DNA of 64,000 bases. Source: Mobula hypostoma. Taxonomy: Eukaryota. The DNA is taken from NCBI RefSeq assembly GCF_963921235.1, contig NC_086097.1, forward strand, positions 10,106,001-10,170,000, written 5' to 3'. A program made the translations under genes and the position numbers. Below the pieces are notes generated by a model, which ran no database searches, was not told where the DNA came from, and saw only the letters and a list, made by a program, of their open reading frames with translations. Positions 23,870-36,279 of this stretch are shown here, piece by piece. Every line of letters begins with the position of its first letter. Position 1 is the stretch's first letter.

Positions 23870-24850
23870 ATTGAATTGACTTTATTTCTTACATCCTTCA
23901 CATACGTGAGTAAAAATCTTTACTTTACTGAAGCACCTTCAATTACTCCAAGAGACTGAGGTTTGGTAAAATACTGAAAGGCTTTTATTCGCTGTATAAT
24001 ACGACCTCCACAGTGAGTGTCTGCCCCTGGACTGAGGGGGAGGGGCAAGGCGAACACCTTTAAACAGGACTCTGTGGGAGGAGCCACAGGGGCAGTCAGC
24101 AGAGGGGTGTGTCCAGACAGGTAACCAAGTTACAACATATATACATGGTTTACCACATTTACATCTCTGTCTAAATATGTAGTTTATAGTAATTTGTAAT
24201 AAATAGTATGTACAACAGGACAGTCAATATAGCATAGAAATACAATTAAATCAGTCTAATGGCATGATGGAAGAAGCTGTTCTGGAGCCTGTTGGTCCCA
24301 GCTTTAATGCTGCGGTATCGTTTCCTGGATGGTAGCAACTGGAACAGTTTGTGGTTGGGGTGATTCGGGTCCCCAATGATCCTTCTTTTTACACACCTGT
24401 CCCTGTAACTGTCCTGAATAGAGGGAAGTTCACTTCTACAGATGCGCTGGGCTGTCCGCTCCACTCTCTGCCGAGTCCTGCAAATTGAGGGAAGTACAGC
24501 TCCAGCCAGTGATACAGCCAGTCAGGATGCTCTCAATTGTGCCCCTGTAAAAAGTCCATAGAATCTGGGGATTCATGCCAAACTTCTTCAACTGTCTGAG
24601 GTGAAAGAAGCACTGTTGTGCTTTTTTCACCACACAGCCAGTATGTACAGACCACATGAGATCCTCAGTGATGTGTATGCCAAGATACTTAAAGCTGTTC
24701 ACCCTCTGAACCCCAGATCTATTGATGTCAATAGGGGTGAGCCTGTCTCCATTCCTCCTGTAGTCCACAACCAGCTCCTTTGTTTTTGCAATTTGAGGAA
24801 GAGGTTTTTTCTTGACACCACTGTGTGAGGATGATGATGACTTCTCTGTA
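23870..24850 (-). mobile_element. Rex1/Babar LINE 3' portion
   Basis: ORFs 24436-24768 and 24246-24464: FKYLGIHITEDLMWS..KKAQQCFFHLRQLKKF..FYRGTIESILTGCIT..LLPSRKRYRS. Confidence 0.85.
23929..24157 (-). mobile_element. Solo LTR (229 bp)
   Basis: TG...CA termini and a perfect 5-bp TSD tttac (23924-23928, 24158-24162). On the minus strand a TATA-like tttaaa precedes AATAAA (23984-23989). Confidence 0.85.
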
Positions 24851-24979
24851 TGAAGAAGACTGCGCCTGTCTCTAAATGGAGTAGCAACAGTTTTTGTTCT
24901 GCTCTTAGTTTTGTTCCTTTCCCCCAGTTTAAAATTCGAATTTAAAATTTTTATTTACTGGTTTTTGAGGGGGAGCAAT

Positions 24980-25768
24980 ATGTCTATGTCTACTAGGAGT
25001 GGGAAGAACTTGTCTGAACCTACTGATAAAGGTAATGGGAAAGGAAAGATCTGATGAAATGCCACCATGGGCTGAAGATATGGTTCGGACACTGAATTCA
25101 ATTAAAGACCAACTGGAAAAGAATAGTAATGAAATGAAGTCATTTCCGGGAAAACTTAAAGACCTGGAAACTCGAGTTAGTACGCATGAAGAGGAACTGA
25201 AAATAACTAAGCAAAGATTGTTTGAAGCTACAACTTGTTTGGAAAGATATCAAAATAAGATTATAGACCTGGAAACTAGGTCTCGCTGAAGGAATATACG
25301 AATTGTTGGGCTGCAAGAAGGAGCTGAAGATGGAGATTTCACTGATTACTTTGGTAAGCTTTTTCATACCTTATTTCCTACCATATTATTACAGCTGCCT
25401 ACTATAGAAAGAGCACACGGAGCTTTTACTTCGAAATCTAAAGATCCAAATAAACCAAGGTCTGTTTCGGTTTGTTTTCATCACTTTAAAATTAAAGGTC
25501 AAATAATGCGACAGGCAAGAAAACAGAGTTTTTAGATTTAAGGAATCTGAGCTCCGTTTTTATGAGGATTATCCGAAGGAGGTAATGGAACAAGGATCAA
25601 AATTTGCTCTGGTAATGAAACAGGCATATGATAAGAAACTGTTCCCTTCCTTGCGTTACCCAACAAGAATTAAAGTTGTTCCTCCTAATTCCTCCTAATT
25701 CTCCTCGTACGTTTTTTGATCTAAAAGTTGCACTGGAGTTCGTTCAAACTATACCTGCTGCTGCATGA
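24980..25768 (+). pseudogene. L1 ORF1p remnant (coiled coil, RRM, CTD)
   Basis: Heptad-rich region, then KIIDLETRSR*RNIRIVGLQEGAE..IERAH..KPRSV..RFYEDY..SLRYP; stops and frameshifts present. Confidence 0.85.
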
Positions 25769-26660
25769 ACTGTCTGGATAACTGTTTGGTTATCTGTATA
25801 TTACTGGCATTTTGGAAAGAAGATTTATGAAGGTTACTTGGATATTTCTTTGAGAGATTATTAAAAGAAGATAAGGAGATTTGTTCATTATTACATATTT
25901 TTTTTGGAAAGAAGATCTATGGTTCAAGTATAACTGTTTAAATGGTTATTTGGACATTCGACTGAGAAAAAGAAGATAAAAGGACTTGTTCCTTTAATCC
26001 AATATCTGGTTTGATTTTTTTTTTGTTTCTTTCTTAATTAATTGGTTGTTTTTCCTACTAATGGGGCTTCTTTATATATATATATATTTAGGGGAGGGTT
26101 CAATTACTTATATTACTAGTTGGTATTTTTGAAAATTTAGTTGGGTTAAATATGCTATTAACTTTTTTTTGCACTATTATAGCATTATATAATTGAATTT
26201 AAAGCTTTTTTTAGGGATTTAATGTTAAATTTTAAAAAGGCACTGGTTTTTCTTTTTAAGAGCTAACATTATTTCGGCTTTTTCTTTAAAAAAAAATTAA
26301 ATATAAACATAGGATATTTTGTAGATGCTGGAATGTAAACACTTCCTTTTGTTGAGACTTTGTCGTTCCTCTTACAAGGTCAGTGGGGTTTTTTTAAACT
26401 AGAGGGAGGGAGAGAGAAACTTTAATTTTTTTTTGTACAGACAGAGCAGTCCCTGGCTTCGTATTCTATCATAGGGTGCCTGCTTTTTTGGGGGTTATGG
26501 GGGAGGGAGATGGGGTTAGAGTTAGGGTTTTTTTTTCCCTATTGGGTGGTTCCGGAGCATGCGTGTTTTCTATGTGGTTGTATTCTTCAGCGCTGCCATT
26601 TTTGATCATCCCGTATTAGTATGTGCTCTGCGCATGTGTAAAGTAGAATAAAATTATAGT

Positions 26661-27419
26661 ATGGTATTTAAACAAATTAATGTAATAAGTTGGAATGTAC
26701 AGGGTTCAAACCATCTTATCAAATGAAAAAACTTCTAAAATCATTAACCAATTCCAACCTGATATAATCTTTGCCCAAGAGACACATAACAGGGCAGGAG
26801 ATCAAAATAGAATTTTTGGATGGTGAAGGGGTTTGCAGTTTCACTCCACTTCTCAGAGTAAAACTAAAGGCCTGTCCATCTTTATTAAATCCAATATATT
26901 TACTCAAGAGGATATTGAGTCAGATTCTAATGGTAGATTTTTAATTATTAAATGAGTAATCTGTCACAGAAAAGTTGTTTTTGACGAAGGAGAGATTGTC
27001 TAAAATATTTCCTAATGTTGATAGTTATTGTGATAGATGTAAAACTGAGACAGCTACACAAACACATATGTTTTGGTCCTGTTCTATACTGGAACAGTTC
27101 TGGAAGTCAGTTTTGTCAACAATTTCTAAAGCACTTAAAATTAATTTACAACTTAAATTAACTGTGCTTTTTGGAATAATTCCTCAAAATATCTGCGGTA
27201 TCTTTGTCTGACAAACATGTTATTGCATTTGTTACATTGATAGTTAGGAGGGCCATTTTGTTGAAGTGGAAGGATGCATTGCCTCCTACTTTGTCACAAT
27301 GGTTCTCTCAAATGATGCTATGTCTTAGTCTGGAGAAAGTTAGAAGTAAAACCTTTGGACCTAGGTTTGATTTTGAGAAAAGGTGGGGTTCATTTGCTCG
27401 TTACTATCATTTGAGTTAA
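26661..27419 (+). pseudogene. L1 ORF2 remnant: APE N-terminus joined at about 26980 to the C-terminal zinc finger
   Basis: VISWNVQG, DIIFAQETH and DSNGRFLII, immediately followed by LTKERLSKIFPNVDSYCDRCKTETATQTHMFWSC. No RT motifs. Confidence 0.85.
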
Positions 27420-27749
27420 TTGATATATTTCCTCCACAATCTAATTGTAAATTTTTTGGTGCATTTTTTTTCTTGCTGGCGGTTTGATGTTTATCTTTAG
27501 AAGATTTTTATATGACGCATGGCTCCGGGGTTGAACACCTAATGGGTTTTTTCCCCTCACTTTTTCTTGCTTAGTAAGGTTTTTTTCCTCTTTTTTTTGT
27601 CAACAAAATTTTTTCAATCTTTAAAGTAATGTTTTTTTTCTTGAGATGTTGTAAGTGTTGCTTACTTTGATTTAGTCTTGTTAATTTTGGATAATAATAA
27701 TAATAATAATAAAAAGATTTGAAAAAGACTTCTCTATGAAAAGATGGTT

Positions 27750-28300
27750 TATTACAGTAAATATATATTAAATAGTTAAATTAAATTACTGCAAAAACAG
27801 AAATTAAAAAAGTATTGACGAAATGTTCATGAGTCCATTCAGAAATCGGATGGCTGAGAGGAAGGAGCTGTTCCTGAATCAATGAGTGTGTGTCTTCAGG
27901 CTTCTGTACCTCCTTCCTGTTAATAACAATGTTTAATCCATCATTAGTCAACCCCAGGGTAATGGGGTCCTTAATGAAGGATGCCAAATTTTTGAGACAT
28001 CTCTCCTTGAAGATGTCCGGAGTACCATGGAGGCCAGTGTCCATGATGAAGCTGACTGAGTTTACACCTCCCTGCAGCTTATTTTGATTCCGTGCAGTAG
28101 CCACCCCACCACCCCCACTTCATATCAGATGGCGATGCAGCCAGTTAGAATGCTCTCTGCATTATGTCTGTAGAAATTTGCGAGTGTTTTTGGTGACGCA
28201 ACAAACCTCCTCATAGTCCTGATGACATATAGCCACCGTTATACCTTCCGTGTAGCTGCTTTGATATGTTGGACCCTGGACAGATCCTCACAGATATTGA
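27750..28300 (-). mobile_element. Rex1/Babar-type 3' fragment
   Basis: ORF 27781-28104 contains NKLQGGVNSVSFIMDT..DIFKERCLKNLASFIKDP. Confidence 0.7.
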
Positions 28301-28352
28301 GATCTCCTGAGCAACAATGCTCCCAAATGAAGAGCATTGAGGGTGCCAATTC

Positions 28353-28857
28353 TGTTATAAGGAATTATCCCATAGTAATAATGATCAGTCAGGCACAGCG
28401 AGAATCTGTGTTTACTGACAAGTACCTTTATTGTCCCAGTTCACAAGCATGTGAATTTACACAACCAAGTGCACAGCCAAGTTTCTCTGACCCTCCATGA
28501 ACATTCAAGCAATAGAAATGGAACACCTGGGAAAAGAGTCTGTGCCGGCCAGGTGTTCCTTGTGCTCTTGATCTGATCTCCAAGTGATGACGTGAGGTCC
28601 TCTACTTCTCTTATGGTTAGTCTCCGGAGAGTTGCCACTCCTTTTCATTCAAAGCCTGTCATTTTTATATTCTTACCTCACCAGTTAAAATTCTGCACTT
28701 CAATCTCGGTGGCTTGAAGTCACCTGACCAGCTTTGGTCACCTGTTTATTGGCTCTGGTCCAGGGCTACATTCAGTATTGTTCCATGGCCTTTGCCTTCT
28801 TTTCTTTTCAACTCTAACTGGTCAGGCGACCCAGACACTGAGCCTAAAATGATTACA
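28353..28857 (-). mobile_element. Candidate old solo LTR
   Basis: Plus strand tgttat...attaca. Minus strand has CCAAT (about 28750), TATAAAAA (about 28665) and AATAAA (about 28430) in the expected order. No clear TSD. Confidence 0.35.
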
Positions 28858-29347
28858 GGTTTCTCCTCCTGCAAGCCTCCACTTTACATAATAAATTGCT
28901 ACTTGTTTGAGAAAGGTCTCAGGTTTAACAGATCATTAGCAGAAACCTCCTTGAGTTATCATCCCATTGCTCTGATTAAATTATCCCAGAGCAAGAAATC
29001 AGTTCAAACAGTTCCCAAATTGGTACCTGCAAGGACAGTCTGACAAAGTAGCCAGCTCCATTCCAGTTCACTGTTTGTCATTCTTTCTGGCCAACAGTGT
29101 CCTTGTTCATATGGCTGATGTCAATGAATGGACAGTGAACACATGCTCATTACCTCACTATATTTTTTACTTGTTTTCTCTCATTTTGACCCTCTCAGTT
29201 AATTTCATTTATATATTTCTTATTGTAATTTATAGTTTTTTTGATTATTATGTAGTGCAATGTACCACTGCTGCAAAACAAATTTCACAACATATGCCAG
29301 TGATATTAAAGCTGATTCCGATATCCCCGTATTTGCTATAATTACAT

Positions 29348-31032
29348 ATGTGTCACATATTTACTCAGGAAACTGGCATAGCGCATATGGAAGGAAGGGA
29401 AACAAGCAGTAGTGTCATGGAACATATAGAGATTAAAGAGGAGGAGGTGCTTGCTGCCTTACGGCGAATAAAGGTAGATAAATCCCCTGGGCCTGACATG
29501 ATATTTCCTTGGACCTTGAGAGAGACTAGTGTAGAAATTGCAGGGGCCCTGGCAGAGATGGTTAAAATGTCCTTGGCCACGGGTATGGTGCTGGAGGATT
29601 GGAGGGCAGCTCATGTTCTTCCGTCGTTTAAAAGAGGCTCCAAAAGTAAACCAGGTAATTACACACCAATGAGCCTGACATCAGTAGTAGATAAATTGGA
29701 AGGTGTTCTGAGAGATCAGATATACAAGTATTTGGACAGCCAAGAGCTGATTAAGGATAGTCAGCATAGCTTTGTGCGTGGTAATCATGATTAACGAATC
29801 TTGTAGGGGTTTTCGAGGACGTTACCAAGAAAGTAGACGAAGGAAAGGCTGTGGATGTTGTCTACATGGACTTTAGTAAGGCCTTTGACAAGGTCCCACA
29901 TGGGAGGTTAGTTCAGAAGGTTCAGACACTAGGTATCCATGGAGAGGTTGTAAACTGGATTTGAAATTGGCTGTGTGGGAGAAGACAGAGAGTGGTGGTG
30001 GTGGATGATTACTTATCAGACTGGAGGCCTGTGACTAGTGGTGTACCTCAAGGATCTGTGCTGGGACCATTGTTGTTTGTTATCTATATCAATGATCTAG
30101 AATAATAATGTGGTAAATTGTATCAGCAAGTTTGCTGATGACACTAAGATTGGAGGTGTTGTGGACAGCAAGAAAGGCTTTCAAAGCTTGCAGAGGGATC
30201 TGGACCAACTGGAAAAATGGGCCAAAAAATGACAGACGGAATTTAATGCGGACAAGTGTGAGGTGTTGCATTTTGGAAGGACAAATCAAGGTAGGACATA
30301 CACAGTAAATGCTGGGGCACATAGGAATATGGAGGAGCAAAGAGATCTGGGAGTTCAGATACATAATTCCCTGGAAGTGGTGTCACAGGTAGACAGATTG
30401 TAAAGGCGACTTTTGGCATCCTGGCATTCATAAATCAAAGTATTGAGTATGGGAGTTGGGATGTTATGGGGAGGTTGTACAAGACAATGGTGAGGCCAAA
30501 TTTAGAGTACTGTGTACAGTTCTGGTCACCTAATTATAGGAAGGATATCAGTAAGATTGAAAGAGTGCAGAGAAGATTTACTTGGATGTTGCTGGGTCTT
30601 CAGGAGTTGAGTTACAGGGAAAGATTGAACAGGTTAGGACTGTTCCTTGGAGCATAGAAGAATGAGGGGAGATTTGATAGAGGTTTACAAAATTATGAGG
30701 GGTATGGACAGAGTAAATGTGAATAGGCTCTTTCCACTTAGATTAGGAGAGATAAATATGAGATGGATGTAGGGTGAAAGGGGAAAGGTTTAGGGGGAAC
30801 TTCTTCACTCAGAGAGTGGTGGGAGTGTGGAACAAGCTGCCATCTGACATGGTAAATGTGGGCTCACTCTTAATTTTTAAGAATAAATTGGATAGATACA
30901 TAGATGGGAGAGGTCTGGAGGGACTGGATGCAGGTCAATGGGACTAGTGGAATGTTACGGCACAGACTAGAAGGGCCGAATGGCTTGTTTTCTGTGCTGT
31001 AGTGTTCTATGGTTCTATGTTTCTATGGTTCT
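29348..31032 (+). mobile_element. CR1 LINE, 5'-truncated (RT and 3' end)
   Basis: [59 protein letters not shown]; (ttctatgg)n tail. Confidence 0.93.
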
Positions 31033-31851
31033 AAATTCAAGATGATAATGGGGAATGAACAGAAGCAGATTCTGGCTTGGGATCTCCATAAACATTCCCA
31101 AGATTCCTGTGTCCTCTTTGCTACTTTGTGCTCTCCTTGTATGCAAGTCCTCTTTCTTCAGGGAGACAGTGGTGAATCTGTGGATTTTGCTGCCACAAGA
31201 GGGTGTAGAGGACAAGTCATTGGATATATTTAAGGCAGAGGTTGATAGATTCTTGATTACTCAGGGCATGAAGGGTTATGGACAAGATGGCGCCTTTGAA
31301 TGATTCCTTGGGTGACATCTTGCAGATAGAAAACCTTTCCAATTAATTCACTGTTTCTGCACCTTCTGCTTGTTCTTTTTGGCTTGTTTTTGTTATGGAA
31401 GCTGTTGGTGCTTATCATGAACAGTTTAAATCTCGACCAAAGAATCCAGTGCTCTTCTGTGGCCAGACAGCTGCCTGTGGAGATCAGAGACAGGGGGCTG
31501 AAAAGGACCAAGATCTCAAGCTGACTCATGGAAAAGACCAGAGACAAGGCGCCCTGTAATGTGTAATGTCCTGGTGCACATTTTTACTGCTGTGCTGCAG
31601 GTATTTCATTTTAACATTTCTGTAAGAGCAGTCTGTTCTGCTTTCAGCCTATTTAGGTATCACTGAAAATAAGGAAAATATGGAATTTCTTGCCACAGCA
31701 GACTGTCAAGGCCAAGTCATTGGGTATATTTAAGGTGGAGGTTGATAGATTCTTGATTAATCAGGGCATGGGGGGGGTACAGGGAGAAGGCAGGAGATTG
31801 GGGCTGAGATGGAAATGGATCAGCCATGATGAAATAGTAGAGCAGACTTAG

Positions 31852-34140
31852 ACTATAAGACCATAGAATATAAAAGCAGAAGTAGGCCATTCGGCCCATC
31901 GAGACTGCTCCACAATTCCAGTCATCCCCACTCCCCTTTGTTCACCCATACACATTGATGGCCTGGCTAATCAAGAACCTATCAATCTCTGCCTTAAATG
32001 CACCCAATGACTTGGCCTCCATAACCGCTCGTGGCAAAAAATTCCGTAGATTTACCACCCTCTGAATCAAGTAATTTCTCCACATCTCTGTTCTAAATGG
32101 ACATCTTTCAATCCTGAAGTCATGCTCTCTTGTCCTAGACTATCCTACCATGGGAAATAACTTTGCCATATCTAATCTGTTCAGGCCTTTTAACATTCAG
32201 AATGTTTCTATGAGATACTCCTCATTCTCCTGAAATCTGGAGAATACAGCTCGTTCCTCATACGGTAAACCTTTCATTCCTGGAATCATTCTCGTGAATC
32301 TTCTCTGAACCCTCTCCAATGTCAGTAAATCCTTTCTAAAATAAGGAGACCAAAACTGCACACATACTCCAAGTGTGGTCTCAACAGTGCCTTATAGAGC
32401 CTCCACATCACATCTCTCCTCTTATATTCTATACCTCCAGAAATGAATGCCAACATCGCATTCACCTTCGTCACCACCAACTCAACCTGGAGGTTAACCT
32501 TTGTGTTATCCTGCACAAGGACTCCCAAGTCCCTTTGCATTTCTGCATTTTAAATTCTCTCCCCATCTAAATAATAGTCTGCCCATTTATTTCTTCCACC
32601 AAAGTACATGACCATACCACTTCTTTGCCCAATCCCCTAAACTATCTAAGTCTTTCTGCAGGCTCTCTGTTTCCTCAACATGACCTGCTCCTCCACCTAT
32701 CTTTGTATCATCGGCAAATTTAGCCACAAATCCATTAATCCCATTGTCCAAATCATTGATACACATTGTAAAAAGCAGTGGTCCCAATACCAACCCCTCT
32801 GGAACTCCACTGGTAACTGGCAGCCAGCCAGAATAGGATTCCTTTATTCCCACTCTGTTTTTTGCCGATAAGTCAATGCTCCACCCATGCTAGTAACTTC
32901 GCTGTAATTCCACGGTCTTCTATCTTGCTAAGCAGCCTCATGTGCGGCACCTTGTCAAAGGTCTTCTGAAAATTCAAGTACACCACATCTACTGCATCTC
33001 CTTAAAATCCATCAGGCAGGATTTTCCTTTCAGGACACCATGCTGGCTTTGGCCTATTTTGCCCTGTGCCTCCAGGTATTCCGTAATCTCATCCTTAACA
33101 ATTGATTCCAACAACTTCTCAGCCACTGGTGTCAGGCTAATGGGTCTATTGTTTCCTTTCTGCTGCCTCCCACCCTTCTTAAATAGCGGAGTAACATTTG
33201 CAATTTTCCAGTCATCCGGTACAATGCCAGGATCTATCGATTCTTGAAAGATCATCGTTAACGCCTCCGCAATCTCTGCAGCTACTTCCTTCAGAACCCA
33301 AGGGTGCATTCCATCAGGTCCAGGAGATTTATCGACCCGCATATCATTAAGCTTCCTGAGCACCTTCTCAGTTGTAATTTTCACTGCACAAACCTTACTT
33401 CCCTGACGCTCTTGAATGTCCGGTATACTGCAGACATCTTCCACTGTGAAGACTGATGAAAAATACGCTTTTGGTTCCTCTGCCATCTCTGCACCTCTCA
33501 TTACAATATCTCCAGCGTCATTTTGTATTGGTCTTATATCTACCCTCGACTCTCTTTTACCCTTTATATACTTAAGAAAGCTTTAGTATCTTCTTTGATA
33601 TTAGTCGCCAGTTTCCTCTCATAATTCATCTTTTCCTTCTGAATGACCTTCTTGGTTTCCTTCTGCAAGTTTTTAAAAGCTCCCCAATCCTCTATCTTCC
33701 CACTAGCTCTGGCTTCCTTGTATGCCCTCTCTTTTGCTTTTACTTTGGCTCTGACTTCACTTGTCAGCCCTGGTAGTGTCCTTTTCTATTTGAAAATTTC
33801 TTGTTTGGAATATATCTGTCTTGCACTTCCCTCATTTCTTGCAGAAACTCCAGCCATTGCTTCTCTGCTGTCCTTCCTGCTAGTGTCCCTTTTCAGTCAA
33901 CCCTGGCCATTTCCCTTCTCATACTATTGTAATTTCCTTTATTCCACTGAAATACCGACACATTGGAATTTAGTTTCTCCTTTCCAAATTTCAATGTGAA
34001 CTCGACCATATTGTGATCACTGTTCCCTAAGGGTTCCTTAACCTCAAGCTCTCTTATCACCTCTGGATCATTGCACAACACTTAATCCAGCACAGCCATT
34101 CCCCTACCCTAGCGGGCTCAACAACAAACTATTCTAAAAA
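31852..34140 (-). mobile_element. CR1 LINE, 5'-truncated
   Basis: EPLGNSDH, KSPGPDGMHP, WKIANVTPLFKKG, GVPEGLVLGP, KFADDTK and LYKALLRPHLEY in ORFs from 32322 to 34081. Confidence 0.93.
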
Positions 34141-34225
34141 ATGCCACAAGTGCTGATTAAAGTGTATTTATTGAGTATTCCCACAAGAAAATAAATCTCA
34201 GAGTTTTATATAGTGACATATACTG

Positions 34226-34715
34226 TATAAGACCATAAGACATAAGAGCAGAATTAGGTTATTTGGCCCATCGAGTCTGCTCCAACATTCAATCATGGTT
34301 GATCCTTTTTTCCCTCCTCAACCACACTGCCCAGCCTTTTCCCTGTAACGTTTGATGCCACGTCCAATCAAGAACCTATGAAGTTCTGCCTTAAGTACAC
34401 GCATCGACCTAGCCTCCACAGCTGTCTGTGGTATTAAATTACACAAAGTAACCACCCTCTTGCTTAAGAAATTTCTCCGCATATCTGTTTTAAATGGACA
34501 CTCCTCTATCCTGAGGCTGTGCTCTCTTGTCATAGACACCCTCACCATGGGAAACATCCTTTCCACATCTACTCTCTCTCAACTTTTCATTATTTGAAAG
34601 GTTTCATTGTGCTCCCCCATCATCTTTCCAAATTCCAGCAAGTACAGACCCAGAGGCATCAAACATTCCTCATACGATAACCCTTTCATTCCCAAAATCA
34701 TCCTTGTGAACCTCG
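34226..34715 (-). mobile_element. CR1 3' fragment
   Basis: RFTRMILGMKGLSYEECL, MERMFP..RRNFLSKRVV; (tcttatgg)n tail. Confidence 0.85.
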
Positions 34716-35349
34716 AAGAGTGAAAAACCACATACTTTATTATCAAAATACGTACTTTGATAATAAAATTTACTTTGATAATAAAATTTCCATAGAATAA
34801 GGATTCAATTTTGACTAAATCATGTGTCAAAGACTAAAATTCATACATTTCCCCAGGTATCTTCCTTCCAAGCATTTTTTTTCAAGGATACATTTCAGAC
34901 TGCGTTTTAGTTCTGTGGTTAAATGGAAATACAATACAGATATTATCAAATCCACTAAGGTTTTGCAATCCTTGAACATAACCCAATTAAAGTGTACTTC
35001 AAAATATCTGCTCCTGGGAGTATATTTTGATACCCAGCTATTAAACTGTCATTGAAGAAATCTAGCACGATATAAGAACTCAGTCTTTAGTTCTACAAAA
35101 AGCCATGTGAGGAACTGAAAAGAAAGTATTTTAAAATTTAAAAAAAACATGCAGTTCTTGATCTTTGTGCTTTTGAAATGTGGGCACTTTAACATTATTT
35201 TTCCAAATGATCTGTTAAGCTTCCCATGATTTTTAGTCCTTAACTCAATAACTTACTCTTCCTGTGCTGATGTTGAGTGTACCCATTCAAGAGTGCTGTA
35301 TTTACAATAAGTCAAGACTTCAAGGCCCACCTGGTAGAATGACATAAAA

Positions 35350-35980
35350 AGACCTGATTGTTGACTGGAGGAGGAGGAAACCGGAGGTACTTGAGCCAGT
35401 CCTCATCAGGGGATCGGAGGTGGAGAGGGTCAGCAACTTTAAATTCTTTGGGGTTAACATTTCAGAGGATCTGTGCTGGGACCAGCACCAAGTGCTATCA
35501 GAAAGTATGTGCTATCAGCACATTTACTTTCTTTGCAGTTTGTGAAGCTTTGGCATGTCATCTAAAAATTATGAGAAATTTTTTTTTAGATGTGTGGTGG
35601 AGAGTAGATTGACTGGCTGCATCTCAGCCTGCCATGGAAACACCAATGCTCTTGAGGAGAAAAGGCCACAGAAAGTAGTGGATATGACCCAGTCTGTGAT
35701 GGGTAAAGTCCTCCCCACCATTGAGCACAGCTACAAGGAGAACTATTGCAGGAAAGCTACGTCCATCATCAGGAACCCCCACCAACTAGGTCTTTTCTAA
35801 CTGCTGCCATCAGGAAGGAGATACAGGAGGCTCAAGACCCACAACTCCAGGTCCAGGAACAGTTATTACCCCTCAACCATCAGATTCTTGAAACAGAGGG
35901 GATAAATTCACTCAACTCTACTTGCCCCAGTATTGAGCTGTTCCGACAAACTATGGGTTCACCTTCAAGGACTCTTAGAC
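35350..35980 (+). mobile_element. Rex1/Babar-type 3' fragment
   Basis: CVVESRLTGCISACHGN..QKVVDMTQSVMG in ORF 35555-35800. Confidence 0.75.
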
Positions 35981-36279
35981 CATAGAACACAGAAATCTAC
36001 AGCACATTACAGGCCCTTCACCCCACAATGTTGTGCCAGCCATGTAACCTACTCTAGAAACTGCCTAGAATTACCCTACGCATAGCCCTCTATTTTACTA
36101 AGCTCCATGTACCTGTCCAAGAGTTATTTAAAAGATCCTATTGTATCCGCCTCCACCACCATCACCAGCAGTGCATTTCACGTACCCACCACTCTGTGTG
36201 AAAAACTTACCCCTGACCTACGCCTACTTCCAAGCATCTTCTTCTCATGTTCTCAGAAATTAATAAGCAATAAATATTA

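Larger units (their letters stand above)
24855..27726 (+). mobile_element. L1 LINE with both ends but most of ORF2 deleted
   Basis: ORF1 remnant, AT-rich spacer, ORF2 start fused to its C-terminus, and an (aat)n-aaaaa tail. Near-TSD gacttctctgtatgaa (24839-24854) / gacttctctatgaa (27727-27740). Confidence 0.85.
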
